A stretch of 64,000 nt of DNA from Flavobacteriales bacterium UBA6693 (GCA_002454815.1 DKJL01000010.1:348617-412616); one strand, 5' to 3'; positions 36,014 through 45,172 are shown, counted from the first letter of the stretch. Notes: generated by a model from the letters alone, not told the origin. Made by a program: numbers and translations.

Positions 36014-37075
36014 TTAACTACCGAAAAATACAATTACGGCAGCGGTAATAATTAAATTTGCCAGTGCCAGCGGAATTAAAGTTTTCCAACCAAGATGCAT
36101 CAGCTGATCGTAGCGGAATCTCGGAATGGTCCAGCGGATCCACATAAAGATCAAAATACCGATGATCACTTTGAAGAGCATCGCAAAAATACTCAAAACT
36201 CCGGCGATATTCTCACCCCAGTTTTCGCCCACCCAACCGATGCCTGGATAATTAAATCCACCAAAAAAGAGCGTAACGATCAGTGCGTTGGAAATGAACA
36301 TGTTCACGTATTCACCAAACATGTACTGGCCAAAGTTCATAGAGGAATATTCAGTCATATAACCGTTTACCAATTCAGATTCACATTCCGGTAAATCAAA
36401 CGGATGACGGTTGGTTTCTGCCATTGCAGCCACGAAGAAAATAATGAAGGCTAAAGGCTGATAAAAGATATTCCAGTTCATCCCGTCGGCCGGAATCAGT
36501 CCCCAGATTTTTCCCGCACCTTGTGATGAAGTAATAAAATGCAGATCCAGACTTCCCGCCATTAAAATAATTGAAAGCAGGGAAAGGCCCATCGCCAATT
36601 CATAAGAAATCATCTGTGAAGAGGCGCGTATCGCTCCGATCAAAGAATATTTGTTGTTCGAAGCCCAGCCCCCGATCATCATTCCGTAAACGCCGATGGA
36701 TACCATACCGATCAGGTAAAGTACGCCGACGTCGATATTGGCAACTTGAACATCAAATGAGTTCCCTCCAATATTTAATGATTTTCCCCAGGGAATTACC
36801 GCGCCCGTAATTAAAGAAATAAACATGGTGATTGCCGGGCCCACGTAGAACAGAAAACGGTCTGCGCCCTGCGGTACAAAACCTTCTTTGAAGAAAAGCT
36901 TACCACCATCAGCCAGTGGTTGCAGAATTCCGAAAGGTCCGGCACGGTTGGGACCGATACGGTCCTGGAGAATCGCCGCAACTTTTCTCTCGCCCCAGGT
37001 AGAGTAAGCGGCAATGCCCAACGACAATCCGAACAGGCTGAGGACGAGAATTATTTTAAATGTAAGTAAATCCAT
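36014..37075 (-). CDS. nuoH: NADH-quinone oxidoreductase subunit H
   Basis: 353-aa polytopic protein with ERKVAAILQDRIGPNR and the ETNRHPFDLPECESELV quinone-site loop. Confidence 0.93.
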   Translation of the reverse strand: MDLLTFKIILVLSLFGLSLGIAAYSTWGERKVAAILQDRIGPNRAGPFGILQPLADGGKLFFKEGFVPQGADRFLFYVGPAITMFISLITGAVIPWGKSLNIGGNSFDVQVANIDVGVLYLIGMVSIGVYGMMIGGWASNNKYSLIGAIRASSQMISYELAMGLSLLSIILMAGSLDLHFITSSQGAGKIWGLIPADGMNWNIFYQPLAFIIFFVAAMAETNRHPFDLPECESELVNGYMTEYSSMNFGQYMFGEYVNMFISNALIVTLFFGGFNYPGIGWVGENWGENIAGVLSIFAMLFKVIIGILIFMWIRWTIPRFRYDQLMHLGWKTLIPLALANLIITAAVIVFFGS

Positions 37076-37077
37076 AT

Positions 37078-38076
37078 CTATCTTTCGTCTTTTTCACTGA
37101 TCTCTTTTGCATCCGGATTATTCAGAAGAGTGATCATATTTTTTGGTTTTTCATAATGGTTCAGCGAGATCACCGAATGTCGGCTGATGTGGCGCGGACC
37201 CTCGATGTTCCACTCTCGTACATCTTTCCGTTCCCAGCGACATTGGTTGCAGATCCAGTCCTGAACTTCATCGTACTGATCTTTGCGCGCCGTCACGCGA
37301 ACTACTTCTTCGCCTTTCATCCAAAGAACCGCTTTACCGGAACATTTAGAGCATTCGCAGGAAGCGTTGACCGGCTTGGTAAACCAAACGCGGCTGGCGA
37401 ATCGCGCGGTGCGGTCTGTAAGTGCACCCACCGGACAAACATCGATCACATTGCCGATGAAGTCATTGTCCAGCGCCTTGTTGAGATAAGTGGAAATTTC
37501 GGCATGCTCGCCGCGAAACAGGATTCCGTGTTCCCGCTCCTCGGTCAGCTGGTTGGCGACCAAAACGCAGCGTGCACAAAGGATGCAGCGGTTCATATTA
37601 AGTTTAATATTCGGGCCGATGTCTTCCGGCTCGAAGGTGCGCCGTTCGAATTCCGTTCGGGTTTGCTCAACACCGTGTTCATAGCTCAGATCCTGCAGAT
37701 GACATTCGCCGGCCTGGTCGCAGATCGGGCAGTCCAGCGGGTGATTGATCAGCAAAAACTCGGTAACTGCGTGCCGGGCTTCCTGGGTTTTTTCTGAGGT
37801 AATATTGCGGACTTCCATCCCATCCATTACGCCGGTGCGGCAACTCGCCACGAGTTTCGGCATCGGGCGCGGGTCTGCTTCAGATCCTTTGGAGACTTCT
37901 ACCAAACAGGTTCGGCAACGGCCGCCACTGTTTTCGAGCGGTTTATAATAGCACATTGCCGGAGGCACGAGCTGGCCGCCGATCTGTCTTGCCGCTTCCA
38001 AAATCGAGGTGCCAGGAGCAACCTCGGTTGTCTGGCCATCGATTGTTATCTTAAATTTTTTTACTTCTTCGCTCAT
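37078..38076 (-). CDS. nuoG: NADH-quinone oxidoreductase subunit G, short form (Fe-S domains only)
   Basis: Contains a 2Fe-2S ferredoxin N-terminus (CYYKPLENSGGRCRTCLVEV), an HxxxC..C..C N5-type site (HPLDCPICDQAGEC) and a 4Fe-4S site (CILCARCV...CPVGAL). At 332 aa it has no molybdopterin-like domain. Confidence 0.88.
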   Translation of the reverse strand: MSEEVKKFKITIDGQTTEVAPGTSILEAARQIGGQLVPPAMCYYKPLENSGGRCRTCLVEVSKGSEADPRPMPKLVASCRTGVMDGMEVRNITSEKTQEARHAVTEFLLINHPLDCPICDQAGECHLQDLSYEHGVEQTRTEFERRTFEPEDIGPNIKLNMNRCILCARCVLVANQLTEEREHGILFRGEHAEISTYLNKALDNDFIGNVIDVCPVGALTDRTARFASRVWFTKPVNASCECSKCSGKAVLWMKGEEVVRVTARKDQYDEVQDWICNQCRWERKDVREWNIEGPRHISRHSVISLNHYEKPKNMITLLNNPDAKEISEKDER

Positions 38077-38123
38077 ATATTTTAGCTTTAGCCTTACGCT
38101 GTAAGCATTTAATCTTAATTATA

Positions 38124-38945
38124 CTATATCGTATTAAAGGTATATCCGATACCAAAGTTAAGCTGACCGAAGACAAAATCCTGCATGGCTTTGTCGGGTC
38201 TGTTGTTTTTTGTTGTCTTGATGTCGGGCATATTGATGTAGCCACCTTTCGCCTCCACGCGCGCGACGATATGTTTCCAGAAGACAAAGTTAACACTTGT
38301 CCGTGCATCGAGACCAAAGCCTGCGATATGAAAACGGTCGCTGCGTTCGTGTCCGAACAGTTTCACATTACTTTTGGGGAACATAGCGCCAACACCGGCT
38401 CCATAACTCCACACTATATCAAACTTATTTCTATTATAAATATTTTTATGCTGTTCCAGGCCCAGATTGATATAATTTAAACCATCGGTGTGCTCGAACG
38501 TTAAAAAAGACTCATCTTCTAAATTTATTTTTCCCGCTACGACCTTCGCCGCGTATTCGGGATCGCTGATGGTCCCGTTAAAATTTACTGTCTGCTTCTG
38601 ATCCATTACATATTTCATGTGATCAACGCCGACAACAAAAGCAACTTTATCTGTTACAAAATAGACTACCCGCTGGTTGGTCTGCGGAATGGTAACCCGG
38701 TCCGGCTGAAAGTAATTGTGGTAGGAAAAATCCGAAGGCCTGTCGTGCACCACTACATTCTGTAATGTAAAGTCGTAACCGTCTCCTTTAAAACGAATGT
38801 CCGAGTTGCTGAACGCTGCCCGATTCCATCCCCAAAATACCAACATCTGACCTTTCCTTGCCATAGGCTCTGGTGCCGCCGGCCCTTTCTGTGCGAGTAC
38901 TGTAGCAAATGCCAGCAGTCCGCTTATCATCATCATTTTTACCAT
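38124..38945 (-). CDS. Signal-peptide protein with outer-membrane beta-barrel-like sequence, embedded in the nuo operon
   Basis: 273 aa. N-terminus is MVKMMMISGLLAFATVLAQ. There are no Cys clusters or TM helices. An alternating aromatic/polar pattern runs to the C-terminus (FGQLNFGIGYTFNTI). It is on the same strand as nuoF and nuoG, with gaps of 37 and 47 nt. Confidence 0.65.
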   Translation of the reverse strand: MVKMMMISGLLAFATVLAQKGPAAPEPMARKGQMLVFWGWNRAAFSNSDIRFKGDGYDFTLQNVVVHDRPSDFSYHNYFQPDRVTIPQTNQRVVYFVTDKVAFVVGVDHMKYVMDQKQTVNFNGTISDPEYAAKVVAGKINLEDESFLTFEHTDGLNYINLGLEQHKNIYNRNKFDIVWSYGAGVGAMFPKSNVKLFGHERSDRFHIAGFGLDARTSVNFVFWKHIVARVEAKGGYINMPDIKTTKNNRPDKAMQDFVFGQLNFGIGYTFNTI

Positions 38946-38982
38946 TCATCATCGGAGGAGAACCTCTCTATCTTTCTTTTTT

Positions 38983-40341
38983 TTACTGTTCTGCTTTCGC
39001 TGCTATTGGAATAGGATCAGCATAATTCCCTAAACCGTAGGTTCCGCTGCTCGCCGCAGGATTGTTGATATACCATTCAAATTCATCACGGAAGTGTCTT
39101 ATGGCCGAAGCAACAGGCCAAGCCGCCGCATCACCGAGCGGGCAAATCGTGTTGCCTTCGATCTTGCGCTGTACATCCCACAGCAGATCGATATCTTCCA
39201 TGGTGCCCATTCCGCTTTCGATTTTCTTTAAAATTTTAAACATCCATGGCGTCCCTTCACGGCATGGCGTACATTGCCCGCAACTTTCGTGCGCGTAGAA
39301 ATGTGCCAGTGACATGGTGTGTTTTATGACGCTTTGGTCTTCGTCCAGCACGATAAATCCGCCGGAGCCCATCATCGTTCCCGTTGCAAATCCGCCATCT
39401 GCCAATGATTCATAATTCATGTAACGAGGTTCGCCATTTATTGTCCGTAACAGCAAATTCGCTGGTACAATAGGCACAGAACTACCGCCCGGAATACAGG
39501 CTTTCAGTCGTTTGCCATTAGGAATGCCCCCGCAATACTCATCACTGTAGATAAATTCTTCTACGGTAATGGTCATATCGATTTCGTAAACACCGGGCTT
39601 GTTGATGTTTCCGCAAGCGGAAATGAGTTTAGTACCGGTGGATCTGCCAACGCCGATTTTAGCATATTCAGCTCCTCCGATGTTGATAATCGGCACAACG
39701 GCCGCAATAGTTTCCACATTATTCACAACAGTAGGGCAGGCCCATAGTCCTTTCACCGCCGGAAAAGGAGGTTTCAGTCGCGGGTTTCCCCTTTTGCCTT
39801 CCAGAGATTCCAGTAAGGCAGTTTCCTCGCCACAGATGTAAGCGCCTGCACCGCGATGAACGTAGATTTCCAGGTCGTATCCTGTACCCAAAATGTTTTT
39901 CCCCAAGAATCCGGCTGCTCTCGCTTCGTCAATTGCCTGCTCGAGAATATCTGGGATCCACGCGTATTCGCCGCGGATGTAGATATAAGATGTATTGGCA
40001 CCCATTGCGAAGGACGAAATAATCATTCCTTCAATTAAAAGGTGTGGAATGAATTCCATCAGATACCGGTCCTTGAAAGTTCCCGGCTCCGATTCATCAG
40101 CGTTGACCACTAAGTATCTCGGTACGCCTTCCGGTTTTGCCAGAAAACTCCACTTCAGCCCCGTAGGAAATCCGGCACCGCCACGACCGCGCAATCCCGA
40201 GGTTTTAACTTCCTCGGTAATTTCGTCAGGCGTCAGTTTCAGCGCTTTCTCTACCGCTTCGTATCCGCCCTGGCGACGATAGACGTCGTAAGTACGGATG
40301 CCTTCGATATGGGCGTCTTTAAGTAAAAGCTTTTTACTCAT
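38983..40341 (-). CDS. nuoF: NADH-quinone oxidoreductase subunit F
   Basis: Contains the NADH/FMN site GLRGRGGAGFPTGLKW, the GAGAYICGEETALLESLEG block and the 4Fe-4S site ESCGQCTPCREG. Confidence 0.95.
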   Translation of the reverse strand: MSKKLLLKDAHIEGIRTYDVYRRQGGYEAVEKALKLTPDEITEEVKTSGLRGRGGAGFPTGLKWSFLAKPEGVPRYLVVNADESEPGTFKDRYLMEFIPHLLIEGMIISSFAMGANTSYIYIRGEYAWIPDILEQAIDEARAAGFLGKNILGTGYDLEIYVHRGAGAYICGEETALLESLEGKRGNPRLKPPFPAVKGLWACPTVVNNVETIAAVVPIINIGGAEYAKIGVGRSTGTKLISACGNINKPGVYEIDMTITVEEFIYSDEYCGGIPNGKRLKACIPGGSSVPIVPANLLLRTINGEPRYMNYESLADGGFATGTMMGSGGFIVLDEDQSVIKHTMSLAHFYAHESCGQCTPCREGTPWMFKILKKIESGMGTMEDIDLLWDVQRKIEGNTICPLGDAAAWPVASAIRHFRDEFEWYINNPAASSGTYGLGNYADPIPIAAKAEQ

Positions 40342-40356
40342 TTGTCACTATAAAAA

Positions 40357-40866
40357 TTAATCTAAAGCCACTGCTCCCTGTCTGCAAAGCTCCAGGATTT
40401 CATCGACTTTTTCTTTAGTTAAATGTTCATGATAGAATTTCCCGAGCAGCATCATGGGCGCATAGCCACAGGCGCCGAGGCATTCCGATGTTTTCAGAGT
40501 AAACAAACCGTCTGCGCTTGTTCCGCCGTTTTCGATGTTCAGTGTCTGCTTGATATGATTGATGATTTCTTCACTTCCATTCAGCATACACGGTCCAGTT
40601 TGGCACACTTCCAGTACATATTTACCTACCGGATTAAGATTAAACATGCTGTAGAATGTTGCCACTTCGTAAACTTCGATTGGTTTCAGTTCCAGCACTT
40701 CCGCTACATAATCCATAACGGGAACCTGCAGCCAGCCGCCGAATTCCTTCTGCGCAAGATGCAGTACCGGAATCAGAGCCGATTTTTTATGCTCAGCAGG
40801 GTAGCGTCTTACGATCTTTTCTACCTCGTTGAGAGTTTCGGGTTTAAACGCTATTATTTCGTTCAT
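40357..40866 (-). CDS. nuoE: NADH-quinone oxidoreductase subunit E
   Basis: Thioredoxin-like 2Fe-2S protein with the CQTGPCMLNG and CLGACGYAP cysteine pairs. Confidence 0.92.
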   Translation of the reverse strand: MNEIIAFKPETLNEVEKIVRRYPAEHKKSALIPVLHLAQKEFGGWLQVPVMDYVAEVLELKPIEVYEVATFYSMFNLNPVGKYVLEVCQTGPCMLNGSEEIINHIKQTLNIENGGTSADGLFTLKTSECLGACGYAPMMLLGKFYHEHLTKEKVDEILELCRQGAVALD

Positions 40867-40928
40867 TGTATTCTCTTGTCTAAAAGCGCTAATTTCTTAA
40901 CGCCTATACGATTCTTTATTAATAAAAC

Positions 40929-42152
40929 TTAGGCGTCCAGTTCGCCGGCGATCACGTTCATACTACACATCGTCACGATCGCATCGGAAATTGGCCCACC
41001 TTTGATCATTTCCGGAAAGGCTTGATAGTAGATAAAGCAAGGCCGTCTGAAGTGAAGTCGGTACGGTGTGCGTCCGCCATCGCTGACGAGATAAAAGCCC
41101 AGTTCGCCATTTCCACCTTCTACGCAGTGATAAACTTCTCCTTTAGGAATTTCCGTTTCGCCCATCACGATTTTAAAGTGATAGATCAGGGCTTCCATCT
41201 TGGTGTAAACGTCTGCTTTTTCAGGCAGATAAAACTCCGGCACATCTGCGTGGAAAGGTCCATCCGGCAGATTCTTGTACGCCTGCTCAATTATTTTTAA
41301 ACTTTCCCAAACTTCGTGCTGACGAACCATAAAACGGTCATACGTATCTCCGGAAGTTCCCACGGGAATCGTAAAGTCAAAATCTTGATAAGACGAGTAC
41401 GGATCGGAAACGCGTACATCATAATCGACGCCGGTCGCACGCAGATTTGGTCCTGTGAAACCATAGCTCAACGCACGTTCTGCCGAGATAGGGCCTGCTT
41501 TAATGGTACGGTCCATGAAGATTCGGTTACGTTCATTCAAAGAACAGAATTCACCCCATATTTTGGGGAATTTCTTTAACCAGGTTTGCAGATGCTCGTG
41601 GAACTTCGGGCTGAAATCGCGTTCAAATCCGCCGATACGGCCCATATTCGTTGTGAGTCTCGCTCCGGAAACCTGCTCGTACATGTCGTAGATTTTCTCA
41701 CGTTCCTGGAAGAGGTAGGTGAGGCCTGTGATCGCGCCCGCATCCATAGCGATAACCCCATTACAGATCAGGTGATCAGAAATACGCGCAAGTTCCATCA
41801 TAATAATGCGCATATAATCAACACGTTTCGGCGTCTGGCAACCGATGAGTTTCTCTACGGTCATGTGCCAGCCGATATTGTTGATAGGAGCAGAGCAATA
41901 ATTCATCCGGTCTGTAAGCGTTGTGATCTGAGTAAAATTTCGACGTTCCGAAATTTTTTCAAAAGCGCGGTGTATATAGCCGATAGTCTGCTCGGAGTGT
42001 AGTATTTTTTCACCGTCCATTGTCAGAACATTCTGGAAGATGCCGTGAGTAGCGGGGTGCGTCGGCCCTAAATTCAGGGTATACAGCTGCCCGTCGATGT
42101 GATCTTCCGAGTCGTGCTGATGCAATATATTAGAGAGTGCGTTGTCTTTCAT
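40929..42152 (-). CDS. nuoD: NADH-quinone oxidoreductase subunit D
   Basis: 407 aa with LNLGPTHPATHG near the N-terminus and the C-terminal HFRRPCF...MNVIAGELD. It is separate from nuoC. Confidence 0.95.
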   Translation of the reverse strand: MKDNALSNILHQHDSEDHIDGQLYTLNLGPTHPATHGIFQNVLTMDGEKILHSEQTIGYIHRAFEKISERRNFTQITTLTDRMNYCSAPINNIGWHMTVEKLIGCQTPKRVDYMRIIMMELARISDHLICNGVIAMDAGAITGLTYLFQEREKIYDMYEQVSGARLTTNMGRIGGFERDFSPKFHEHLQTWLKKFPKIWGEFCSLNERNRIFMDRTIKAGPISAERALSYGFTGPNLRATGVDYDVRVSDPYSSYQDFDFTIPVGTSGDTYDRFMVRQHEVWESLKIIEQAYKNLPDGPFHADVPEFYLPEKADVYTKMEALIYHFKIVMGETEIPKGEVYHCVEGGNGELGFYLVSDGGRTPYRLHFRRPCFIYYQAFPEMIKGGPISDAIVTMCSMNVIAGELDA

Positions 42153-42187
42153 AATTCGGTTGCTTTGACATTCAAAGCGTTAATAAT

Positions 42188-42682
42188 TTATCGGCCGAAC
42201 ATTTTATCGTCCTTGTCAGCGCGTGTGCCGTCCTCCAAACGGTATTCTTTTAGCATCGGGTGATAATCCATATCTTCTACATTAAGTATAACGCGCAGAT
42301 CCGGATGTCCGCGGAATTTCACTCCAAAAAACTCATAAGTTTCCCGCTCCATCCAGTTGGCGCCGGCGTAGAGCTCTGTCATCGAATCTACTTCAGCATT
42401 TTCTTTTGGCATGAAAACTTTCAGGCGCAGGCGAAATCCGGTCATCATATTGTGTAGATGATAAATGACGCCGATTTCTTTCTCTGGATTTTCAGGATAA
42501 TGAATCCCACAGATATCAGTAAGAAACTTTATTTCCAGGGAAGAATCACGCAGATAATGAATTACTTTTTTAATGTCTTCTTTCCGCACCTCAACGGTGA
42601 GAAAGTCGTACGGCGTGGAGTAGGAAAGCAGCGTCTCCGGAAATTCCCGGGTCAAGGCTTCAAGCACGAATTCGTTCGTCAT
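42188..42682 (-). CDS. nuoC: NADH-quinone oxidoreductase subunit C
   Basis: The ATG at 42682 (MTNEFVLEALTREFP) lies 2 nt after the nuoB stop (42685-42687). It contains the conserved NWMERETYEFFGVKFRGHPDLR block. The longer track ORF overlaps nuoB. Confidence 0.9.
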   Translation of the reverse strand: MTNEFVLEALTREFPETLLSYSTPYDFLTVEVRKEDIKKVIHYLRDSSLEIKFLTDICGIHYPENPEKEIGVIYHLHNMMTGFRLRLKVFMPKENAEVDSMTELYAGANWMERETYEFFGVKFRGHPDLRVILNVEDMDYHPMLKEYRLEDGTRADKDDKMFGR

Positions 42683-42684
42683 TG

Positions 42685-43242
42685 TTATTTTATATCGTAA
42701 GATTGCAGCAGCTGTTGGTACTCGGGCATGTCGCGGCGGCGTATGCTTTCGCTTTCGCACAGTGCCTGCACCTGCATTACTCCTTCAATAATCTGTTCTG
42801 GTCTTGGCGGGCAACCCGGCACATATACGTCCACAGGAATAATTTTATCAATTCCCTGCAAGACACTGTAGGTGTCGAAGATACCACCACTGGACGCGCA
42901 AGCCCCCACGGCCACTACCCATTTTGGCTCTGCCATTTGAGTGTATACTTGTTTTAAAACAGGTCCCAGTTTTTTTGCAATGGTACCGCAGACCATGAGC
43001 ATATCAGCTTGGCGCGGCGAGAAGGAATTTCGTTCCATCCCAAAACGCGATGCATCAAATGTCGGGTTCAGCGTTGCCATAAACTCGATTCCACAGCATG
43101 AAGTGGCAAACGGCAATGGCCACAGCGAATGCTTTCTGGCCAGCCCTATTACGCTGCTCAGCTGAGTGGCAAAAAAGCCTTCTCCTTCGTATCCTGCCGG
43201 CGCTTCTGCGTCCATCCGGATGATTGGTTTATTATCAGACAT
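42685..43242 (-). CDS. nuoB: NADH-quinone oxidoreductase subunit B
   Basis: N2-cluster cysteines are present: SCCGIEF, ..GACASSGG.. and ..VPGCPPRPE. Confidence 0.95.
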   Translation of the reverse strand: MSDNKPIIRMDAEAPAGYEGEGFFATQLSSVIGLARKHSLWPLPFATSCCGIEFMATLNPTFDASRFGMERNSFSPRQADMLMVCGTIAKKLGPVLKQVYTQMAEPKWVVAVGACASSGGIFDTYSVLQGIDKIIPVDVYVPGCPPRPEQIIEGVMQVQALCESESIRRRDMPEYQQLLQSYDIK

Positions 43243-43278
43243 TTCTTTTTTCTTAAATTTTTAAAGTCACTCGTTCAA

Positions 43279-43650
43279 CTATTTGTCCCAATCGAGTGCT
43301 CCGCGTTTCCAGACATACACAAATGCTACAAAAAACACCGATATAAACATGAGAACTGCCATAAAACCCTGGACGCCGAATTCACGGATGTTTACTGCAT
43401 AAGGATAGAAGAAAACAATCTCGATATCAAAGAGTACGAAGAGTACGGCAGTCAGAAAATATTTAACAGAGAAAGGTGTGCGTGCATTTCCTTCTACTTC
43501 AACACCACATTCGAAACTTTCATTTTTCTTAACGGCGTCCGCCCTTTGGCGCGGGCCCAGAAAATGTGTGCCGAGAATCGAGAGCAGAACGAAACCTGCG
43601 CCGACTGCGATCTGGATGAGTATAGGGATATAATTTTCAGGAACATTCAT
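43279..43650 (-). CDS. nuoA: NADH-quinone oxidoreductase subunit A
   Basis: 123 aa, 3 TM helices, with the FECG and FDIEIVFFYP blocks. It is the first gene of the array. Confidence 0.92.
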   Translation of the reverse strand: MNVPENYIPILIQIAVGAGFVLLSILGTHFLGPRQRADAVKKNESFECGVEVEGNARTPFSVKYFLTAVLFVLFDIEIVFFYPYAVNIREFGVQGFMAVLMFISVFFVAFVYVWKRGALDWDK

Positions 43651-43674
43651 TTGGACATACTTTTCTTAATGATG

Positions 43675-43682
43675 CAAATTTA
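43675..43682 (-). promoter_or_regulatory. Candidate -7 box (TAAATTTG) for the nuo operon
   Basis: The minus strand reads TAAATTTG, 24 nt upstream of the nuoA ATG. The -33 element is weak. Confidence 0.4.
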
Positions 43683-43727
43683 GTGAATTAGTTATTACAG
43701 AAAAAATTATAGCCCAGAAAACTCCCG

Positions 43728-43916
43728 CTACTTGCCGCTGCGTTCCTTCAATCGCTTCAAAAGTACATACGCCATATAGCCGATATAAAGAAAGAGCACG
43801 CTGGCAAAAAGGATGTTCACAATTGCATTCATGCGCTCGTCCTCAATCTGGAAAAACTGGTTGTAGACGATGAATGCGATCACTAATACTGCGTAGATGT
43901 AAAGTTGCTTCTTCAT
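43728..43916 (-). CDS. Small two-TM membrane protein, unknown function
   Basis: 62 aa with two hydrophobic helices and a basic tail (LKRLKERSGK). Its ATG overlaps the stop of the upstream GNAT gene (ATGA at 43913-43916). Confidence 0.45.
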   Translation of the reverse strand: MKKQLYIYAVLVIAFIVYNQFFQIEDERMNAIVNILFASVLFLYIGYMAYVLLKRLKERSGK

Positions 43917-45061
43917 TTGAAATAAGGTGTGTCATCATTTATATCCAAAGAGTAGGTGCGGCGGCGTTTGTGATTAACGGGGTTGTAATCCTGCCACAAT
44001 GCTTGTACACTGCGGTTTTCCTCCAGCTCTGGGTTGGTTTCCAAAATCTCAATGCCTTTTTTACGGAAGTTTCGCCATATTTCTTTAAAGATCAAAGAGG
44101 TAACGCCACGTCGCTGATATTCCGGGTGGATACCGATCAGATAAAAGTTGGCGCGTAGATTCCGTCTTCCGGCCTGCAGGAAATAAAGCCAACCAAAAGG
44201 AAACAGGCGCCCGTTGGCTTTCTGAAGTGCGCGGGAGTAAGATGGCATTGTGATGGCAAAAGATACCAGCTCGCCCTGTTCATCAACGATACAGACAATA
44301 TAATCTTTATCGATAAACGGGAAATATTTTTCTTTATAAGTCTGGATCTGTTCGTCGGTAATTGGCGTGTAGGTGGAGAGCGATTTGTAAGTCTCGTCCA
44401 ACAGTCGGAACATCGGCTCTACGTAAGGAAGGATTTCTTTTTTATTTTTAAACTCAAGAACGCGCAGTTTGTATTTGTCGGCGATGAGACTGCTAAACTT
44501 CTGCACTTTGTCCGAAAGGATTTTCGGAAAGTCAAGTTCGAATTCGACCCATTCTTTTTCTTTCTGCAAACCCAACGCTTCCATGTGCTGCGGATAGTAC
44601 GCGTAATTGTAAAGACCGATCATAGTGGCCAATTTGTCAAAACCCATTGTCAGCATACCGGCTTTGTCCAGATTGGTGAAGCCCATGGGACCTTCAATGC
44701 TTGTCATCTTTTTTTCTTTTGCAAATGCAATCGCTGTGTTGAGCAGTGCTTTAGAAACATTTAAATCATCAATAAAATCCAGCCAGCCAAAGCGCACTTT
44801 GCTGACGTTCATATCTTCAACCTCCTTGTAATTAATCATCACCGCAATACGGCCAACACACTGATCGTTTTTAAAGGCTAAAAACCGTTTGAATTCTGAG
44901 AAAGTCAGTGCAGCATTAGCTTCGGTATCCCATATTTCCTCTTCATCCTTAATTAATGGAGGAACATAATTCGGGTTGTTTTTATACAGCTCCATGGGAA
45001 AACTGATGAATTTTTTTAATTCATTTCGGGTTTTTACTTCAACAATGCTTATATCGCTCAT
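43913..45061 (-). CDS. GNAT family N-acetyltransferase (long, ~380 aa form)
   Basis: Acetyl-CoA motif IGIHPEYQRRGVTSLIF (Q/RxxGxG/A type). The ATG at 45061 (MSDISIVEVKT..LKKFISFPMELYKNNPNYVPPL) looks like the family N-terminus. An alternative ATG lies at 45106. Confidence 0.65.
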   Translation of the reverse strand: MSDISIVEVKTRNELKKFISFPMELYKNNPNYVPPLIKDEEEIWDTEANAALTFSEFKRFLAFKNDQCVGRIAVMINYKEVEDMNVSKVRFGWLDFIDDLNVSKALLNTAIAFAKEKKMTSIEGPMGFTNLDKAGMLTMGFDKLATMIGLYNYAYYPQHMEALGLQKEKEWVEFELDFPKILSDKVQKFSSLIADKYKLRVLEFKNKKEILPYVEPMFRLLDETYKSLSTYTPITDEQIQTYKEKYFPFIDKDYIVCIVDEQGELVSFAITMPSYSRALQKANGRLFPFGWLYFLQAGRRNLRANFYLIGIHPEYQRRGVTSLIFKEIWRNFRKKGIEILETNPELEENRSVQALWQDYNPVNHKRRRTYSLDINDDTPYFK

Positions 45062-45172
45062 TGGCCAGATTTTTCGATAAAACAAAGATATGTCATTCGC
45101 TGACATTTAAAAACTTTGGCATGCTTTTTATTAACCTTATGCCGATTATCAATATAGAAAAAAGAAGAAAAA

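Noticed and set aside
37156-37797. 213-aa plus-strand ORF entirely inside nuoG
   Set aside because: It lies antisense to a gene with unmistakable Fe-S motifs. Its product is Arg/Ala/Val-rich with no motif. This is a typical mirror-frame artefact of a codon-biased gene.
40423-40932. 169-aa plus-strand ORF almost exactly mirroring nuoE
   Set aside because: The nuoE frame carries the conserved 2Fe-2S cysteines. The antisense product has no recognisable features and would overlap completely.
43129-43683. 184-aa plus-strand ORF spanning the nuoA/nuoB junction
   Set aside because: It is antisense to two well-supported genes and crosses their intergenic spacer. It has no independent support.
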